64,000 bases of DNA, taken from assembly GCA_934096075.1 (NCBI GenBank), contig CAKOLN010000007.1:4326-68325 (forward strand). The letters run 5' to 3'. This document shows, piece by piece, positions 60,172 through 64,000 of the stretch. The DNA comes from an uncultured Bacilli bacterium. Its GTDB lineage: Bacteria; Bacillota_I; Bacilli_A; RF39; UBA660. The translations under genes and the position numbers were made by a program. A model generated the notes under the pieces. The model made no database searches. It saw nothing but the letters and a program-made list of their open reading frames with translations, and had not been told where the DNA came from. Every line of letters begins with the position of its first letter. Position 1 is the stretch's first letter.

Positions 60172-60982
60172 ACTCCATTAGTATAAGCAAATTGTCTAAA
60201 AACAAATTTGTATTTAAATTATAGATAAGATTATTTTCTTCTTTTAAAATTAAAAATAATTTTTTTGTAAGACTTTCTTTAGTATTTTTTTTAGATACAA
60301 TTTTAATACTTTCCTCATAATCTGTAAAAATTTCTATTTTTCTCAATAATAAATAATTTAAACAATCTCTATAAAAATATTTTACTATTTTTATTAAAGA
60401 TTTTAAATCCTCTTTTTCTATTTTTTTATCAATAATATTATTTATTTCTGAAATTGAATCATACCCATCAGTTTCAAAGCAAGTTAATATTTTTAAAACA
60501 TTAGCAATAAATGATTCAGAATATTTTGATAAACTAAATGATGTTTTATTATCTACCATTAATACTTGACATCTAGACCTAATTGTGGGAAGTACTTCAT
60601 TAATATTAGAAGTTATTAATATTGCAAAAATATTTGGTGATGGTTCTTCTAAAAACTTTAATAAACTATTAGCAGCAAATAAATTCATTTTTTCAACTTC
60701 TTGAATTATATATACTTTATTTTTATTAACCATTGAATACATCATAAATGATTCTCTTAATTTTAGAATATCATCTTTAAGAATAGTTCCATTAATTGGT
60801 TTCACATAATATATGTCAGGATTATCATTTAAATTTATATTCTTATCAAAAAAATAATTTGAAAGAACATATTTCAAATCATTTTCAATTAATTCATAAA
60901 AAGTATTGCACACCAAAAAAGCATGAGTTAACCTATTAGATTTATAATCATGTTCAAACTGGCTAATTAATAAATTATTCAT
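60155..60982 (-). CDS. holB: DNA polymerase III subunit delta'
   Basis: LTHAFLV..., FLEEP, LPTIRSRCQV. It occupies the position upstream of yaaT. Confidence 0.85.
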   Translation of the reverse strand: MNNLLISQFEHDYKSNRLTHAFLVCNTFYELIENDLKYVLSNYFFDKNINLNDNPDIYYVKPINGTILKDDILKLRESFMMYSMVNKNKVYIIQEVEKMNLFAANSLLKFLEEPSPNIFAILITSNINEVLPTIRSRCQVLMVDNKTSFSLSKYSESFIANVLKILTCFETDGYDSISEINNIIDKKIEKEDLKSLIKIVKYFYRDCLNYLLLRKIEIFTDYEESIKIVSKKNTKESLTKKLFLILKEENNLIYNLNTNLFLDNLLILMECDKND

Positions 60983-60993
60983 AAAACCACCTA

Positions 60994-61188
60994 CTAAATT
61001 ATATATTTTAAAACAATTAATGCAAATATAGCTGGTAATCCCAAAATCGAAACCAAAGTTATACTTATAACATTTATTGGAACAATAATTCCCGCACTCA
61101 TAATAATTAAATCAAAAGTATAAAGCATACAAATTGACATCACCAATCTTTTTATTATTAATAATATTAATCCCATAGTTTCCTCCAA
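60994..61188 (-). CDS. bofA: BofA-like pro-sigma-K processing inhibitor (small membrane protein)
   Basis: 64 aa with two TM segments. ...PINVISITLVSILGLPAIFALIVL resembles the BofA C-terminal motif. It lies downstream of recR, as in Bacillus. Confidence 0.55.
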   Translation of the reverse strand: MEETMGLILLIIKRLVMSICMLYTFDLIIMSAGIIVPINVISITLVSILGLPAIFALIVLKYII

Positions 61189-61213
61189 TTAATAATATTA
61201 ACTATCTATTTTT

Positions 61214-61810
61214 TTATGATAAAGTTTTTCTGTCATCTATTGCTCTTATAATTGTTAAAGGATCCAAATACTCTATATCTGCATTTACAGGTAAACCATA
61301 AGAAAGCCTAGATACCTTTATATCAGTATTTTCTAGTAGTTTTTTTATGTATAACGATGTCATTTCTCCTTCTACTGATGGACTTAAAGATAAAATCACT
61401 TCTTTAACATTTCCATCTATTCTAGATAATAAAGTAGAAATATTAATATCCTCAGGGTCTACACCATCTATAGGTGAAATAAGACCTCCCAAAACATGAT
61501 AAATCCCATTAAATTTACCAGTTTTTTCAAACATAAAAACACTTTTTGAATCTTCAACTACACAAATTACTGATTTATCTCTTGATTCATTTGAACAAAT
61601 ATTACAAATAGTTGTATTAGTTAAATGTCCACATACAGAACATTTTTTAATATTTTTCTTAAAATTAATTAAAGATAAACACATTTTTTCAATTGTATCT
61701 AAATCGAGTTCGTTAACAGCATATACATATCTTTCGGCTGATTTTTCACCTATTCCCGGAAGATTTTTAAAACTTTCAATTAGATCTTGAAATTCCTCTG
61801 GGTAAATCAT
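61214..61810 (-). CDS. recR: recombination protein RecR
   Basis: HhH LPGIGEKSAER, C4 zinc finger CSVCGHLT..CNICS, and Toprim VVEDSKSVF. Confidence 0.95.
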   Translation of the reverse strand: MIYPEEFQDLIESFKNLPGIGEKSAERYVYAVNELDLDTIEKMCLSLINFKKNIKKCSVCGHLTNTTICNICSNESRDKSVICVVEDSKSVFMFEKTGKFNGIYHVLGGLISPIDGVDPEDINISTLLSRIDGNVKEVILSLSPSVEGEMTSLYIKKLLENTDIKVSRLSYGLPVNADIEYLDPLTIIRAIDDRKTLS

Positions 61811-61813
61811 TAA

Positions 61814-62101
61814 CTATATTAATCCTCCTAATCCATTAGTATATCTTCCAAGTTTACTATCTTTCATTTTTTTTATTTGATTAATAGCATCATTAGTAGC
61901 CACCATTATCATATCACTTAATAACTCATTATCATTCACAGCATCATTTATTGTAATACTAATAACCTTATAATTTCCCATTATTACAACTTTTACAGCA
62001 CCACTTTCTCCCTCAAATTTAGTTTCCTCAATTTCTTTTGAAACCTTTTCTAATTCTTTTTGCATTCTTTGTGCCTGTGCCATTATATTTTGTATATTCA
62101 T
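61814..62101 (-). CDS. ybaB: nucleoid-associated protein YbaB/EbfC
   Basis: MAQAQRMQKELEKV...GAVKVV..G......I.I......D.E.L.D.I..A.N.A. Confidence 0.92.
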   Translation of the reverse strand: MNIQNIMAQAQRMQKELEKVSKEIEETKFEGESGAVKVVIMGNYKVISITINDAVNDNELLSDMIMVATNDAINQIKKMKDSKLGRYTNGLGGLI

Positions 62102-62109
62102 TTTTCCTC

Positions 62110-63792
62110 CTATTTAATGCTTACAGCATCTTCACCAAAAATATCTAATGCCAAATCTTCAACATCATCATTTTTGTCCTTCATATTTAATTTTACATCA
62201 TTTTCTTCAATAAATATATACTTTTCACCATTTTTTTTCTTATTTATATATTCCTGTTTTATATTTTTCCATTCATCATTTGAAACAGCAACCAACTTAT
62301 AAGGATATTTAAAAACTTCCATAATTAATAATTCTAGTAATTTTAAATTTTGATAAAAAATATCTAAAGTAGATTTATCAGCAAAAGTAAAAAGCAAGTA
62401 TTTATTAGATGCACACACAATTTTAGAATCCAATAATAAAACAGCAACTGAATTATATTTCTTATTTGATATATAGTTATTTATTTCACTAAAATTAAGA
62501 ATTAAATTATTTAAAACATTTTTATCAGCTTCAGCTAAAACATTATTTATTCTAACATCTTTTATTTGAAAAACATCATCTTTATTCGAACTTACACCAT
62601 TAGAATTGCTTTTAGCGATGTTTTTTTCCTCAACTAAATTATATTGTTTAGTTGAAGAGGTAGTATTATTAACTGATGCTATTTCAGAGGAATTAATATT
62701 AGAATTAACATTATTATCTATTACTTCTATAGTGTTCAAAAAACTTAATATATATATTTCAAATAATAATTTTTGATCATTAGAATGTTTTAATTGAAAA
62801 GATAACTCATTTAAAACGTTCGTAAGAGTAAGTAAATTTTTTTTTGTTATTTCAAATTGTCCTAATATTTTGGAATATGAACTATCAAAATAATCTTTTA
62901 CATCCATATTAATAGCAATATCTCTTATTAAAATTAACATTTTGTCAACTAAATCATTGAAATTTTTACCTTTTTTTGATATTTTATCAAGAATCGACAA
63001 GGTATTTTTAAAATCAACATTTAAAATATTTTCAAATAATTTATAAACAGTATCAGAAGAAATATTACCACTTAAATCATTAATTTCATCAACTGTAACT
63101 TGATCATTATCTAAAGATAAAACTTGATCAAGTAGATTAATTGCATCCCTTAAACCTCCATCCGATATTTCAGATATATAACTTATAACTGAATCAGATA
63201 ATTTTCTATTTTCAGTATTTAAAATAAATTTTAATCTTTCCTCAATATCTTCTTCTGATAATCTAGTAAAATCAAACCTTTGACAACGAGATAAAATAGT
63301 TAAAGGTATTTTATTTATTTCTGTTGTAGCTAAAATAAATATTACATGTGTAGGCGGTTCTTCTAATGTTTTTAGTAATGCATTAAACGCGCCAGTTGAC
63401 AACATGTGAACTTCATCAATTATATATACTTTATATTTACAAAAAGAAGGTAACAATTTCACATTTTCTCTTATAGTTCTAATTTCCTCGACGCCATTAT
63501 TGCTAGCAGCATCTATTTCAATAATATCTATATCGTTTTTTTCTAAATTAATACAATTTTCACATTTGCCACATATGTCATCGTGAAAATCCAAACAATT
63601 CACCGCTTTTGCAAAAATTTTTGCAATACTAGTTTTACCAGTTCCTCTTGGCCCAGCAAACAAATACGCATGTGAAATATGTCCTGTCATCAAAGAGTTT
63701 TTTAAAATGTTAACAACTATTTTTTGACCAACAACATTAGAAAAATTTGATGGTCTATATTTTCTATATAAAGCCGTATAAGACATATTCAA
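62110..63792 (-). CDS. dnaX: DNA polymerase III subunit tau/gamma
   Basis: HAYLFAGPRGTGKTS, zinc module CGKCENC, IIDEVHMLS, SRCQRFDF. Confidence 0.95.
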   Translation of the reverse strand: MNMSYTALYRKYRPSNFSNVVGQKIVVNILKNSLMTGHISHAYLFAGPRGTGKTSIAKIFAKAVNCLDFHDDICGKCENCINLEKNDIDIIEIDAASNNGVEEIRTIRENVKLLPSFCKYKVYIIDEVHMLSTGAFNALLKTLEEPPTHVIFILATTEINKIPLTILSRCQRFDFTRLSEEDIEERLKFILNTENRKLSDSVISYISEISDGGLRDAINLLDQVLSLDNDQVTVDEINDLSGNISSDTVYKLFENILNVDFKNTLSILDKISKKGKNFNDLVDKMLILIRDIAINMDVKDYFDSSYSKILGQFEITKKNLLTLTNVLNELSFQLKHSNDQKLLFEIYILSFLNTIEVIDNNVNSNINSSEIASVNNTTSSTKQYNLVEEKNIAKSNSNGVSSNKDDVFQIKDVRINNVLAEADKNVLNNLILNFSEINNYISNKKYNSVAVLLLDSKIVCASNKYLLFTFADKSTLDIFYQNLKLLELLIMEVFKYPYKLVAVSNDEWKNIKQEYINKKKNGEKYIFIEENDVKLNMKDKNDDVEDLALDIFGEDAVSIK

Positions 63793-63834
63793 TCACCCCA
63801 TAAAATTATATCATAATGAATAAATAAAATGTAT

Positions 63835-64000
63835 TTACTTTCTTTTATTTTCAAAAAAATTTGTTAATAAGTCAGAATAATTATTTTTATATTTAATTTC
63901 TTTAATAAACTTAGTTTTATAATTAATCAATTTATTAGTACCAGATAAATAATATACTTTTTTTATTCTAGATTCTTTAATAATTTCTTTACACATATGA
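63835..64000 (-). CDS. tadA: partial CDS (N-terminus outside window): tRNA adenosine/cytidine deaminase family, TadA-like
   Basis: Own translation: ...HMCKEIIKESRIKKVYYLSGTNKLINYK...FFENKRK*. The C..MC..AI...RI..V.Y pattern of the CDA zinc site and the position upstream of dnaX match Bacillus. Confidence 0.55.
   Translation of the reverse strand, partial: HMCKEIIKESRIKKVYYLSGTNKLINYKTKFIKEIKYKNNYSDLLTNFFENKRK

Noticed and set aside
63793-63834. SRP RNA (scr/ffs) expected between tadA and dnaX, as in Bacillus
   Set aside because: The gap is 42 nt of AT-rich sequence with no GC-rich helices.

Overview
Extremely AT-rich (by eye about 25% GC), gene-dense chromosomal segment of a spore-forming low-GC Firmicute (Bacillota). 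About 70 genes are present and almost all lie on the minus strand. The backbone is the classic origin-proximal housekeeping and sporulation set in a compacted order: tadA' - dnaX - ybaB - recR - bofA - holB - yaaT - yabB - rsmI - pth - mfd - (ppa) - spoVT - rpmE - rpiB - spoIID - spoIIQ-like, then csp - hpf - secA, then tatD - clpB - sleB-like - rsmA - yabG - veg - spoVG - yabP - yabQ - asnB - argS - divIC-like - pcrA - ligA. I saw no rRNA, tRNA, CRISPR array, integrase or transposase. Four accessory insertions interrupt the backbone. (1) A roughly 4.4-kb islet sits immediately downstream of secA (about 39.6-44.0 kb). It carries a decayed second copy of the secA 3' end plus terminator, five tandem CTTATCTA-N3-4-CTTATCTA sites, a 572-aa bitopic surface protein, and a translationally coupled operon (YjcQ-like wHTH, an unannotated 56-aa membrane ORF, a 128-aa unknown). 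A 262-aa protein with a degenerate P-loop follows. This is my best candidate for an undescribed system, possibly phage-derived exclusion or defence, or a regulated surface cassette. (2) An agr-type cyclic-peptide quorum-sensing locus includes an agrD precursor gene (48249..48365) that is missing from the ORF track. (3) A pcrA-ligA islet contains two inward-facing fragments of a DUF4143/PD-(D/E)xK ATPase gene, a coiled-coil protein and a cytosolic S8-like peptidase. (4) A three-gene ABC module lies between spoVG and veg. Other points: a perfect CIRCE operator overlaps the promoter of an N-domain-less clpB, and a NifS-like / mini-thioredoxin / CPHC-thioredoxin-DsbD-fusion operon is present. All functional calls rest on motifs I recognise in the supplied translations. 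No database search was possible.
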